Source of the DNA: an uncultured Dehalococcoidia bacterium | GTDB taxonomy: Bacteria; Chloroflexota; Dehalococcoidia; Lucifugimonadales; UBA3495 | Assembly (NCBI GenBank): GCA_950072105.1 | Contig: CATMOE010000003.1 | Span: 32,001-96,000, forward strand | Length of the DNA stretch: 64,000 bases | Reading direction: 5' to 3' | Shown: positions 36,858 through 47,268 of the stretch, one piece after another | How positions within the stretch are numbered: position 1 is the stretch's first letter | How the letters are laid out: every line of letters starts with the position of its first letter | Position numbers and translations under genes: made by a program | The notes under the pieces: model-generated | The model's database searches: none | What the model was told of the DNA's origin: nothing | The model's input: the letters and a program-made list of their open reading frames with translations, nothing else

Positions 36858-37636
36858 ATGGCGGTCAACCCTTTGCTGCTGCCGGTTAGAAGTATCCGGC
36901 AGATATTGGGAGGAGACCCAGGGATGCGGCGGATTTTTCACCGGTTTCCGTCGCACAAGCGGTGCAAGCAGTGTTGCGCCCCTTTCTCGGAGTCTTCGCA
37001 ATATTCTTCCGGCTGATTCAGATCAGACCCTCCCGGAAGAACCCCAATCTTTGCACGATTTGATATGAGCTGGCTCCCCCGGGCGGGGAGTTGATTGAAC
37101 TGTCTGTACTTTTCATAGATGTTCGTGGATTCACTGCTCTGTCGGAGCGCAAGTCCGCCAACGAGGTGGTGTGGCTGCTCAACCAGTTTTACAGTCTTTC
37201 CGCCGAGACCGTGTTCGCATTGGATGGGACCCTGGACAAAATGGTGGGAGACCAAGTAATGGCATTCTTCGGTGCTCCATTTCGTCCCGAAGATCACCAA
37301 AAAAGAGCGGTGGAGGCGGCCCTAACGATCGTTAGAGGAATGGACGCCATGTTTCCCGATGGCAATCCATTGTCAGTGGGTGGAGCCGTGGCCTCCGGAA
37401 GGATGTTCATGGGCAACGTGGGAGAGGGGGAGGTAAGGGATTTCACCGTAATTGGTGATGTGGTCAACACTGCGGCGCGCCTGCAAGCCGAGGCTTTGGC
37501 CGGAGAAGTGTTGGTAACCGAAGATACTTACGAGGCGCTGGGGCCCCAGATCCAGGATTTCCCGCTACGCACCCTGGAGCTACGGGGGAAGGAAACACCA
37601 GTCCCGGTTAGGGTCCTGCGTAATCATATCGTCTAG
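36858..37636 (+). CDS. Class III adenylate/guanylate cyclase with N-terminal Cys-rich domain; in-frame UGA at 37061-37063 (candidate Sec) and a 1-nt frameshift near 36980
   Basis: MAVNP..PSHKRCKQCCAP[fs]FLGVFAIFFRLIQIRPSRKNPNLCTI(UGA)YELAPPGGELIELSVLFIDVRGFT..DKMVGDQVM..FTVIGDVVNTAARLQ. Confidence 0.8.
37074..37090 (+). promoter_or_regulatory. Putative bacterial SECIS hairpin
   Basis: CTCCCC-CGGGC-GGGGAG; the stem starts at +11 after the UGA and extends by two G-U pairs. Confidence 0.65.
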
Positions 37637-37729
37637 GCCTGAAGAATATAGCCAAGAAAGCCCCGCTCGCCGCTGCGCCCGAAAATCCGTCCAGTCGAAC
37701 GGCAAATAATGTTGTGGAAAGGAAAGTGA

Positions 37730-40393
37730 TTGATGGTTTCTATATCCTCTGAGAAAATCACTCTGTCCAATGGACTCGACGTCATACTCCATGAGGATCA
37801 CGCCATTCCGTTGGTGGCGGTCAACGTCTGGTATCACGTCGGTTCTAAAGACGAAGAACAGGGCCGCACCGGTTTTGCCCATCTCTTTGAGCACATCATG
37901 TTCGAAGGGTCCAAACACCACAACAGCAGCCACTTCGACCCCCTGCAGAAAGCCGGGGCTAATCTAAACGGTTCCACCAGCTCTGACCGGACCAATTATT
38001 GGGAAGACGTACCCTCCAACTATCTGGAGCTGGCTCTATGGCTGGAGTCCGACCGCATGGGCTTTCTCTTGGACGCGGTGGACCAACAGCGGTTTGACGT
38101 CCAACGGGACGTTGTGAAAAACGAGCGCCGGCAGTCCTACGAAAACCGGCCGTACGGGATGGCTTCCTGGGAGATTCAAGAAGCACTGTTCCCCATGCCG
38201 CATCCCTACCATTGGATGACCATCGGATCCCAGGAAGACCTGGACGCCGCATCCCTGGAGGATGTGAAAGACTTCTTCCGCCGCTACTATTCCCCTTCCA
38301 ATAGCAGCCTTGCCGTGGTGGGTGACTTCCGGCGGGACGAAGCTCTGGAACTGGTCAACCGGTACTTCGGCGATCTGCCCCCCGGACCGCCTTTGCCTCG
38401 TATGGGCCGCCGGGACTCGCCGCTGGCTGGTCGGGTCGAATTGGAGATGCGGGATAAGGTATCTCTACCAAAGTTGTATATCGCTTGGCCGACACCTCCC
38501 GACATGGATCCTGACGATGCTCCCCTCGACCTTTTGCAGGGGATCCTCTCCGACGGCCTCAGCTCCCGATTGCATCGGAGTCTGGTCTACGAGAAGCAGA
38601 TCGCCCAAAGCGCGTCCGTTCGCTACCATCCCGGGGAGATTGCCGGACAGTTTGTCGTCCAGGTGACTGCCGCGGAAGGACATGATCTGGACGAGATGGA
38701 GGCTTCCGTTGACGCCGAGATAAGTCGATTGGCGACCGAGCCGCCCACCGATGAGGAGATTAACCGGGTAAAGAATCGGATCGAGTCGTCCCATTATCGC
38801 CAGCTAACGCGGATCGGCGGATTTGGCGGTCTTGCCGACCAGTTGAACCACTACAACATCATGGCCGGCGACCCCGAGATGGTTAACACCAGCTTGGACC
38901 GCTATCTTGCCGTACAGCGGGACGATATTCTCCGGGTCCACGAATCGGTCCTTGACCATCGTCAGGTCAGGCTACGGGTGATGCCGGAGCAGCCGCTCAA
39001 GCCAGCGGTTACCTCGGTGGACCGCTGGAAGATGCCCGAGCCGGCTCCGGAACCGGCATTCACTCCCCCTATGCCCGTTCGCCATCAGTTGAGCAACGGT
39101 ATGGGTATTGCCGTCGTGGAACGCCGTGGCGCACCCATAGTCTCTTTCGCTTTGGTCCTTCGCGCCGGGGCCGTGGCTGACCCCGAGGACTTGCCCGGTT
39201 TGGCCAGCTTCACCGCTCAGATGTTGATGGAAGGGACCGAGGGCCGTACCAGCCTGGAAATCGCTAATGCCGCCGAGTTCATTGGGGCTCGGATTTCCTC
39301 GGACGCTCGCAGAGAATACACTCTTCTATCCAGCGAAACCTTAACCAAACACTGGCCGACTGCCCTTGAATTGATTGCCGACCTAGTCAAGCGGCCCACC
39401 TTCCCTGAGCACGAACTGGAGCGGGTAAGGCGGGAGCATTTGACCGACCTGCGAAGGGGGAAAGACGACCCCACCATAGTCGCGGAGCGTCTGATAGCCG
39501 GTCTGGTGTTCTCCAAGGATAGCGGCTACGGACACTACATTTTGGGCACGGAAGCCTCGGCGTCTGCTCTGACACGCCAAGATCTGCAACAGCTTTTCCA
39601 AGGGGTTTATACTCCGGGACGAGCGACACTGGTCGTTGTGGGCGACACCAACCTGGAAGAGGTTACTGAACAGGCTCAGGATCTCTTCGGTGATTGGTCC
39701 GGAAATGGCGCCGGCTATATTCCCCGAACCGTCGACGACACGAACGGCTCGACGCCGGCCACCACGATATATCTGGTAGACCAACCGGGCGCCGCTCAAT
39801 CGGTCATCCGTGCGCTCCAACCAACGATACCCCGCAATCATCCCGACTATTTCGGCCTTACGTTGGTCAACTATGTCTTTGGCGGCCAATTCTCCGCCCG
39901 CCTGAACCAGAACCTTCGCCAAGACAAGGGATACAGCTACGGCTATCAGTCGTCGGTCCATTGGTATCAAGGAACGTCCTTGGTGTCAGCCGGGGGCAGC
40001 GTACAGACCGAAGTAACCAAAGAGTCAGTTCAGGAAACACTTAAAGAGTTTCGGGAGATTCAAGGTGATCGGCCGATCACCGAGGAAGAGCTTTCGGCGG
40101 CAAAAGCCGGCATCTTACAAGGTTATCCTGCCAGCTTCGAGCGGTCGGGGATGGTGTTGAACCACCTGATTCAACTGTTGGTGTTCGACCTGCCCGACGA
40201 CTACTTCCAGTCGGTTGGCCCAGGGATAACCGCTGTTTCGCTGAAAGACGTTCACCGTGTTGCCGCTGAACGGATCCAAACCGACAAACTCCAATTGCTG
40301 GTGGTGGGAGACCGCGAAAAAATAGAACCCGGTCTGCGGGAGTTGGGCATTCCCATGGTCTTGCTGGATGCTGACGGCGCCCGTATCGGCTGA
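37730..40393 (+). CDS. M16 family zinc protease
   Basis: WYHVGSKDE..GFAHLFEHIMFEGS (HxxEH), VVKNERRQ; second half has SARLNQNLRQDKGYSYG. Confidence 0.93.
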   Translation: MMVSISSEKITLSNGLDVILHEDHAIPLVAVNVWYHVGSKDEEQGRTGFAHLFEHIMFEGSKHHNSSHFDPLQKAGANLNGSTSSDRTNYWEDVPSNYLELALWLESDRMGFLLDAVDQQRFDVQRDVVKNERRQSYENRPYGMASWEIQEALFPMPHPYHWMTIGSQEDLDAASLEDVKDFFRRYYSPSNSSLAVVGDFRRDEALELVNRYFGDLPPGPPLPRMGRRDSPLAGRVELEMRDKVSLPKLYIAWPTPPDMDPDDAPLDLLQGILSDGLSSRLHRSLVYEKQIAQSASVRYHPGEIAGQFVVQVTAAEGHDLDEMEASVDAEISRLATEPPTDEEINRVKNRIESSHYRQLTRIGGFGGLADQLNHYNIMAGDPEMVNTSLDRYLAVQRDDILRVHESVLDHRQVRLRVMPEQPLKPAVTSVDRWKMPEPAPEPAFTPPMPVRHQLSNGMGIAVVERRGAPIVSFALVLRAGAVADPEDLPGLASFTAQMLMEGTEGRTSLEIANAAEFIGARISSDARREYTLLSSETLTKHWPTALELIADLVKRPTFPEHELERVRREHLTDLRRGKDDPTIVAERLIAGLVFSKDSGYGHYILGTEASASALTRQDLQQLFQGVYTPGRATLVVVGDTNLEEVTEQAQDLFGDWSGNGAGYIPRTVDDTNGSTPATTIYLVDQPGAAQSVIRALQPTIPRNHPDYFGLTLVNYVFGGQFSARLNQNLRQDKGYSYGYQSSVHWYQGTSLVSAGGSVQTEVTKESVQETLKEFREIQGDRPITEEELSAAKAGILQGYPASFERSGMVLNHLIQLLVFDLPDDYFQSVGPGITAVSLKDVHRVAAERIQTDKLQLLVVGDREKIEPGLRELGIPMVLLDADGARIG

Positions 40394-40491
40394 ACACCTG
40401 TAACCCTAAGCACGCCGCCTTTGGGATGACCGGTCTCTTTGACGACTCATGCCCGGCTAACGATGCCAGACCTGACGAGGGTAAGGTCGTT

Positions 40492-41835
40492 CTACCGGCG
40501 GGGCCTTTCTCCCAGCGCCAAAACGAGGGTCTCGGTGGATCCCTCTCGGAACAACTCAACTTCGATTTCCAACCCGACGAAAAATTTTGTACGAAGCAGC
40601 CTGGTAAGGTCGGTTACCGTAGCAATCTTATTTCCGTCCATCGATAGAATAATATCCCCGGGTCTGATTCCTGCCCGATCCGAGGGCCCTCCCTGCAGCA
40701 CATCCTGAATCACCACCCCCTCGCGAATGGGCAACCCTAGTTCCGCGGCCATCTCCGGTATCAGATCCGCCAGGAACACCCCCATCCAAGCCCATTTCAC
40801 CCGGCCGTCGTTGATCAGTTGGTCGGAGACCAAGACGGCCGTCTCCATATTTATCGCAAAGCCGATCCCTTCGATCGTGGGTCTTCCGCTACCGCCACCG
40901 CCGCCACGGAGGACCGCGGTGTTGATGCCTACCAGATTCCCCTCCAAGCTTATCAACGGGCCTCCGCTGTTACCTGGATTGATCACCGTGTCGGTCTGGA
41001 TCAGGTCGTATAGGGGAGAGCCTCCGGAGCCTCCGATCGTGCGGCCTAGCGCCGAAACCACCCCCACCGTGACGGTAGGCCCTCCAGGCAGCGCCAGCGC
41101 GTTTCCGATGGCGATGACCCACTCGCCCACCCGGAGCTTGACATCCTGCTTCAGAGGCAAAAAGGTTTCGAAAGTCCCAGGGATCCTCAATACCGCCAGG
41201 TCAGCCAGTGCGTCGGCGCCCAAGAGTTCCGCTTCCAGTTGGCTGCCGTCGTCCATGGTGACAATAATATTTGTTGCCCCTTCTATGACGTGGTTGTTGG
41301 TCAAAGCCAAGCCGTCACGGGAGAAGATCACCCCGGTCCCGCTACCGAAATTAGACCGCCGGTTCCCAAACCGGTCCTGGACGATGGACTCGGCAACGAT
41401 GGATAGCACCGCGCCCCGCACCCGCTCTACCGTGTCTGCCACGTTGGGCAGTTGCAGCATCGGAGCCGGAGGTGGTTCAGCCGGGGCTTTCGTAGGCATG
41501 GCGGTCGGTTCGGGTACGGCGGTTGCCGTTGGAGGTGGGACGTTGGTAGCCGTGGGCAGCGGAGGTTTGGCTTCCTCGGAAACGGGTTCGGCAACGACTT
41601 CCGGAGCCGTGGCGGGCGTGGGCGCCTCCGTGGGAGCAGCAGTGGTGGCAGGCTCAACTTCTGCGGTCGGGGTGGAGTTTGAGCAAGCAACGCCGACCAT
41701 CAATGCCAGCAAAACGGCCAGCGATGGCCACGGGAAGATTTTTCCAAAGAACCGGACCGCCCGATGCCTCGTGGAATCACCCCAACGGACATGCCTTTGA
41801 TTCCCGGCTGTTACCCATCCAATGTCGCGACTCAT
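40492..41835 (-). CDS. HtrA/DegS-like serine protease with PDZ domain (lipoprotein-like; start uncertain)
   Basis: GSGTG, TNNHVI, DLAVL, IQTDTVINPGNSGGPL, PDZ GDII; lipobox VGVAC and Pro/Thr linker. Confidence 0.92.
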   Translation of the reverse strand: MSRDIGWVTAGNQRHVRWGDSTRHRAVRFFGKIFPWPSLAVLLALMVGVACSNSTPTAEVEPATTAAPTEAPTPATAPEVVAEPVSEEAKPPLPTATNVPPPTATAVPEPTAMPTKAPAEPPPAPMLQLPNVADTVERVRGAVLSIVAESIVQDRFGNRRSNFGSGTGVIFSRDGLALTNNHVIEGATNIIVTMDDGSQLEAELLGADALADLAVLRIPGTFETFLPLKQDVKLRVGEWVIAIGNALALPGGPTVTVGVVSALGRTIGGSGGSPLYDLIQTDTVINPGNSGGPLISLEGNLVGINTAVLRGGGGGSGRPTIEGIGFAINMETAVLVSDQLINDGRVKWAWMGVFLADLIPEMAAELGLPIREGVVIQDVLQGGPSDRAGIRPGDIILSMDGNKIATVTDLTRLLRTKFFVGLEIEVELFREGSTETLVLALGERPRR

Positions 41836-41924
41836 TATTTCGATCTTAATTGAGATGGTTTAGATGTGCCGAAGTCATGCCATCAGTCCATCGGATTAAT
41901 CTCGAAGCTACGGCCCCTTGCCGG

Positions 41925-42647
41925 TCACAGATTTCTTAAGGCTTCCTGTTGCGCCTTAAACAGGACCTCCATACCCGCTGCGGCCAGGTCTAGCACTTCC
42001 ACCACCTGCTGACGAGGGAATGGCGCAGCCTCGGTGGCGCCTTGTAGCTCCACCATATCACCGCTTTTAGTGAGAACAAGATTGAAGTCCACGTCGGCCT
42101 TGAAGTCCTCTTCATAACACAGATCGAGCATCAATTCACCGTCGATTATGCCGACGCTGATGGCCGCCACCGCATCTCTGATCGGCAGCTTGGGCAAGAT
42201 CCGGTTGTCGACCAGCATTTGCAGCGCCTGATGCAGAGCGACATACGCCCCGGTGATAGCGGCGGTCCGGGTCCCGCCGTCCGCTTGGATAACGTCGCAG
42301 TCCACCGTCACGGTTCTCTCGCCCAAAGCCTCCAGGTCGGTAACGGCCCGCAGCGATCGCCCGATAAGCCGTTGGATCTCTTGGGAACGCCCGTTGATGC
42401 GCCCGGCGTCCCGGTCTCGGGCGGTTCGAGTGTTGGTGGCGCGGGGCAACATCGCGTATTCGGCGGTCACCCAACCCTTGCCCTGGCCTCTCAAGAATGC
42501 CGGTACCCGTTCTTCCAGGGAAACCGCGCACAACACTTTGGTTTCGCCCACTTCTATCAGCGCCGAGCCTTCGGCGAACTTCTGGTGGTTCAAGGTGATA
42601 CTAGCCGGCCGGCTTTCATCCCATCGCCGGCCATCCGCTCTAACCAA
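41925..42647 (-). CDS. rph: Ribonuclease PH
   Basis: RADGR, GWVTAEYAMLP, GRSQEIQRLIGRSLR, DCDVIQADGGTRTA, DLCYEED; TTG start after GGAGAG. Confidence 0.95.
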   Translation of the reverse strand: MVRADGRRWDESRPASITLNHQKFAEGSALIEVGETKVLCAVSLEERVPAFLRGQGKGWVTAEYAMLPRATNTRTARDRDAGRINGRSQEIQRLIGRSLRAVTDLEALGERTVTVDCDVIQADGGTRTAAITGAYVALHQALQMLVDNRILPKLPIRDAVAAISVGIIDGELMLDLCYEEDFKADVDFNLVLTKSGDMVELQGATEAAPFPRQQVVEVLDLAAAGMEVLFKAQQEALRNL

Positions 42648-42754
42648 AATGGACTCTCCTCCGGAAATTAAACTGTTCACAGGCAAAGTTGCTCCCCAGT
42701 ATACATGACCGGATTTAATCTTGGCCTTCAGTGCGCCGGGGAGCACCCGTCGAT

Positions 42755-45235
42755 CTATGGGTAATCCCTATCGGTCCCCACCCATAGATCGACGCCATCG
42801 CTGATGAACTCGATGGTCCCCTGCCGGTCAGTCCTGAATAATCCCTCCGGCCCCAAGAATCGCTCCAAGCGTTCGGCCACCTCCGCGTGGGGGTGTCCGA
42901 ACTGGTTGCCGGCGCCAGAGGAGATAACCGCTAAAGTTGGGTTCACCTGGTTCAAAAAACCGGCGGTGCTTGAAGTGCGGCTGCCATGGTGGCCCGCCTT
43001 AAGCACCGTGCTCGCCAATTCAGCGGAGGAACGAACCAGGTAGCCTTCGGCAAAAGCTCCAATGTCCGAGGCCAGCATGAAAGACACCTGGCCATAGATG
43101 AGCCGTATCACCACGGCATTGTTATTACGGTCCGAACCTGACCCGTTGAATGGCACCCTTGGTGGGTTCAGCACTTCCAAGGTTACTCCGGGCTCCACCT
43201 CCAACCGGTAACCCTCAGAAACTTTCACCGGGTCGATCTGTCGCCGCTTCAACTTGGCCTGCCACTCTTGGGGCAAATCATCGTCCAAAGGGTTTCCGCC
43301 CACCACCACGGTCGCCACGTCGTACCGGTCCAGTACTTCCAGAAGCCCCTTACTGTGGTCCCCATCCAGGTGCGTCATTACCACCACATCCAAGCTTCGG
43401 TCCGTGGCAGACATGGGACCGGCCAATGCTCGAGTTGCGCTGGTTAGATCAGGTCCGCCGTCCACCAACACCTGCTTTCCCTCTGGGGTAACGATCAGGA
43501 TGCTGTCGCCTTGGCCTACGTCGAAGAAGTAAACGTGGAGTTTCCCGTCGTGTCTTTGCAACACCTGAATCCAAAGGATCACCGAAACGACCAGCAAACT
43601 CACAGCCAAGAAGACGATACCCAACGACCATCTGGCCTGACCTCCATGTTTCGCTAACCCTCCAAACAGACGGTCCGATGCTGCGATGACCCGGATCCCC
43701 GCTCCTTGAGCACGAGCCACCCGGCCCGGTACGAAAATCAATCCCAACAACAGCCCATACCAGGCCAACACCACAGGCGTTCCTACCCAGGTCCCTGGAA
43801 TTCCCGGCGACGGCAGTACTGAGATCAATCACAGGAGGTAGGACAGGGGCACAAAGGTTATCCAGCCGGCAAACTGCCCCAACAGCGGGTGCGCCAGGCC
43901 CAACCCGCCGGTGGCCAGTGACCCGCCAAGAATGGAGGGCATGGCCGGCAATGCCAGCAAGGTTGCCGGAATACTCGCCAGAGGAATCCGGTCGAAATTC
44001 GACGCCACCAAGGGCCAGGTGGCCAACGTTGCCCCCAACGACACGATCAACGCCGATGATATCCAGTTTCCGGCTTGCCAGGCCAGATGCTTCAACCAAG
44101 ACCCAGAAGCCGCGGCCCGGCGTGTGATTGATTCTGAAATCTTGGAATGAAGGGGCAAGACCAGGACGATCCCCGCCAAGGCGGTGAAGCTAAGCTGGAA
44201 AGAGATCTGCCCAAGTACTTTAGGCTCGATTCCAACCATCACTGCGGCGCTCAGTGCCAAGGAAGGCAGAGCGCTCCGAGGTCTGCCCAAGGCCAAAGCA
44301 GCCAAGAACACCGACCCCATGATCCCGGCCAGCAACACCGAAACCGGAAAACCGCTGACCAGGACATAGAACCAGATGGCCGCCAGCGCCAGCAACAGAT
44401 AAGCCGGACTTCGCCGTCCGAATATCCAGGTCGCCGCCATCATCGTCATGGCTATCAGGACCCCAACGTGCAGGCCTGAGATGGCCAGCAGATGGGCGGC
44501 TCCGGTCTGGCGAAAATCCTCCTTCACGTCGGCCGGGAGTTGGCCGCGAAGCCCCAGCAGCAACGCCTGGGCCAAGGCCGAGTGGGGCTCCGGCAACGCC
44601 TCCTGTAACTCTTCGGCCAGGTTCCGCCGCAGTCCGAACATCCAACCCTTCCAGGCCGAAGCCGGCCGCCCCTCCCATTGGGAAATCAGCTCCGCGTTCC
44701 GGACCCAAAGTATCCCGGAAATGCCCTGATGGCTCAGATAAGAAGGATAATTGAAGTCCTCGAAAACTTGCGGCTGCCGTAACTCGCCCTCTAGCAGCAG
44801 CGTGTCCCCATACCGAAAGTAGGGGTCGTCGCGCTGGGAAAGCAGACTTGGAGGAGGACTGGCGTAAACCAAAGCCTTGGCCTCAGGACGGGTAGTCTCC
44901 CCCTCCCGGTTAATCTCCGCCACGGATAGCACGAACTTAATCCGGCGGGCCGTCGCCTCCGGGTCGTTAACTATCCGCCCCCGCAGCGTAACAGTTTCCT
45001 TTCCCTGCACCGCCAACGACCTAACGGTGACTTCCCAGGCTTCAATCCGTAACAACCCCGCCAACAGGACGACCACCAGCAACACCGGCCAAAGAGACCG
45101 CCCCAGCAACCGCAGCAACAACCCCGCCGGCAACGCAGCGAGTAGCAGCAACGCAACCGGAAGGATACCGGCTTCGAGGCTTAAGCCGATTAAGATCCCG
45201 GCCAGCCAGGCAGCCACAAGTAAGGCTAGCTTCAC
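42755..45235 (-). pseudogene. comEC: ComEC DNA uptake channel split by an in-frame TGA (43829-43831)
   Basis: OB-like domain, FRQTGAAHLLAISGLHV, SFQLSF..SYLL*LISV..FFDVGQGDS, THLDGDH, KAGHHGS, FGHPH, RTDRQG. Confidence 0.85.
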
Positions 45236-45587
45236 GCTGTCTCCTGAATGTCTGGATCCCTTTCAATCAAGTAAGTCCCTCGCCCCTTGATCTCTAAAGC
45301 CCATTTTTACCCACCAGGTCAAGTAGTACGATAGAAAGTATCAACAGGGACCCGGCAATGTGAGTGTAATACGGGGTCCGGGACTCCTAATAAAGTAAGA
45401 AAAGGGCGAATCCCATGGTGGCTGTGGAGATATGATCGGTGGCGACTAAAGTAGCCATTCTGTTCGTCATTGGCACAGTGGTGGTGGCTTGGTACTTTGT
45501 GGTCTCTTGGCTATGAGGATCCAACATCAGGAAGAGGAAGTACGGAGAGGGCGAATCCAATTGCGACCTTGGTGACCCTGGGGAAAG

Positions 45588-46505
45588 ATGAAATTAGACT
45601 CAATATTCCGCGTATTCTCTCGGCGATCTCCTGATGAAAGGGCGGTTGGAAAACCCCTAACAAAAGAGTTTCGAAGCCGATTCGCGCTCCTCTGCCAAGA
45701 CGCGATCAAAGGAGATGACGCCACAACTTTTTGGGGGGCAATCCATAGAAATCTTCAAATGCTTCACGGGCGACAAAGGCTATATGCTCAGTCGCTAAAA
45801 ATCCTGAGCGACCTCGACGATCTATCGGAATTCGTAAACCGATGCAGTGACAATCACTTCTTCGACTTTGTGGAGTTCATATTCGGGTCCGAACATCTAT
45901 GGCGGTTCGGTTCGGACGCAAATCATAATCGTTTCGTCGAGGATGTCAACCGTTTGTTCGAGGTGGACGACTTACCATACGCCCTGACGGGATTCGTCCG
46001 TCAAGAGGGAGTCGGCTCGTTCCATGGTAGTCCAACCAAGACTATAGAGACGACTGCTTATCCCCGAGTCATTCTCCGGGACAGCCAGGTCGAACACGCT
46101 GAAATAATTGAGCCAACACTAACACTGTTGACCGGTGCTGACTTCAAAAGCGCAAACGATGAATTTCTCGCAGCGCTTACGGATTACCGGAAGGGAGACT
46201 ATGGGGATTGCTTAACGAAATGTGCGAGTTCCTTTGAAAGTGTGATGAAAATCATTTGCGACCGCAAGAAATGGCCTTTTAAGCAGACCGACACGGCCTC
46301 GGACCTCCTCAAGATTGTTCGTCCGAATACAAACTTGGATTCGTTCTTTGACCAGCCGCTCATGATTATAGCCACTCTAAGGAACCGTATCAGCACGGCG
46401 CATGGCGCAGGCACTCAGGTGAAGGCTCCCCCTAGTCATCTTGCCAGATATGCAATCAACGCCACTGGTGCGGCGATTCTCCTCCTTGTAGATGAGACGT
46501 CTTAG
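45588..46505 (+). CDS. Abortive-infection (AbiJ/Abi_C-like) protein with C-terminal HEPN-type motif
   Basis: FFDFVEF..VNRLF; EF..AL..Y..G.Y.DC...C...FES.MK.I; LRNRISTAHG. Confidence 0.6.
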   Translation: MKLDSIFRVFSRRSPDERAVGKPLTKEFRSRFALLCQDAIKGDDATTFWGAIHRNLQMLHGRQRLYAQSLKILSDLDDLSEFVNRCSDNHFFDFVEFIFGSEHLWRFGSDANHNRFVEDVNRLFEVDDLPYALTGFVRQEGVGSFHGSPTKTIETTAYPRVILRDSQVEHAEIIEPTLTLLTGADFKSANDEFLAALTDYRKGDYGDCLTKCASSFESVMKIICDRKKWPFKQTDTASDLLKIVRPNTNLDSFFDQPLMIIATLRNRISTAHGAGTQVKAPPSHLARYAINATGAAILLLVDETS

Positions 46506-46589
46506 GCTGGGAATGGCTGAGCGCTAACACTTCGCGGGTTAGGTGGACGCATCCGAGACGGACTGACACGTAGGACCGAATAGAGGTGC

Positions 46590-47204
46590 TTGAAGGTACA
46601 CGCTTTGGACTGGAGATTGTTCACCGTCGCTATCGTCGGAGATTTGATTTGGCCGATTACCGCCCTCATCGTATTGTTGGTATTGCGCGGTCCGATCACT
46701 ACGTTGCTGGAGACGATAAGTCGATTTAAGGCGTCAGGGTTTGGATCAAACATCGACGTAGACTTCGGTGTACAAGCCTCAGGGTTGGTCGATAGTGCGG
46801 TCAGTTTAGTTGGCGAGCATGAAACGGGAATCCTAATTGACCCTCCAGTTGGCGATGTACTACCAGATCTCGAAGATCGTTTCAAGGACCTTACATCGAT
46901 TGTTTACGTCGCCCCGCAAGGAGCTATCCTCGAGGCTTGGAAAATAATTGAGCAGGAGTTATCAAGGGTGGCCCAGCTGCATGGTATAGGGCAGCCAGCT
47001 CAAAATCGTTCTATAAGGAGAATGATAAACGATATGTCAGATTTGGGGTTCTTGCACAAGTCCGAGGCGCTGCTACTTGACGAGCTCCGGTTCCTTCGCA
47101 ATCAAGCCGCCCATCCAAACACCAAAAACGAATTATCGCCAGAAAGCGCTCTCTATTACCTGGAGGCTACTAACTTGGCGCTAACTCTACTACGGTCCCA
47201 TTGA
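46590..47204 (+). CDS. Membrane-anchored HEPN (DUF4145-like) protein
   Basis: N-terminal TM (LIWPITALIVLLVL), AILEAWKIIE, LRFLRNQAAH (RxxxxH). Confidence 0.6.
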   Translation: MKVHALDWRLFTVAIVGDLIWPITALIVLLVLRGPITTLLETISRFKASGFGSNIDVDFGVQASGLVDSAVSLVGEHETGILIDPPVGDVLPDLEDRFKDLTSIVYVAPQGAILEAWKIIEQELSRVAQLHGIGQPAQNRSIRRMINDMSDLGFLHKSEALLLDELRFLRNQAAHPNTKNELSPESALYYLEATNLALTLLRSH

Positions 47205-47268
47205 CGTTGTAGTTAGAACCGGCTGCGTAGACGCTGCCGAGCGACAATAAACACATTTATCTTCCAGG

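Noticed and set aside
40727..41800. Long antisense ORFs (also 18965-19735, 25063-25785, 31400-32035, 63571-63918)
   Set aside because: They are shadows of well-supported genes on the opposite strand in GC-rich DNA.
43829..43831. In-frame TGA in comEC as selenocysteine
   Set aside because: It lies in a hydrophobic segment with no Cys motif and no +11 hairpin; a nonsense change or error is more likely.
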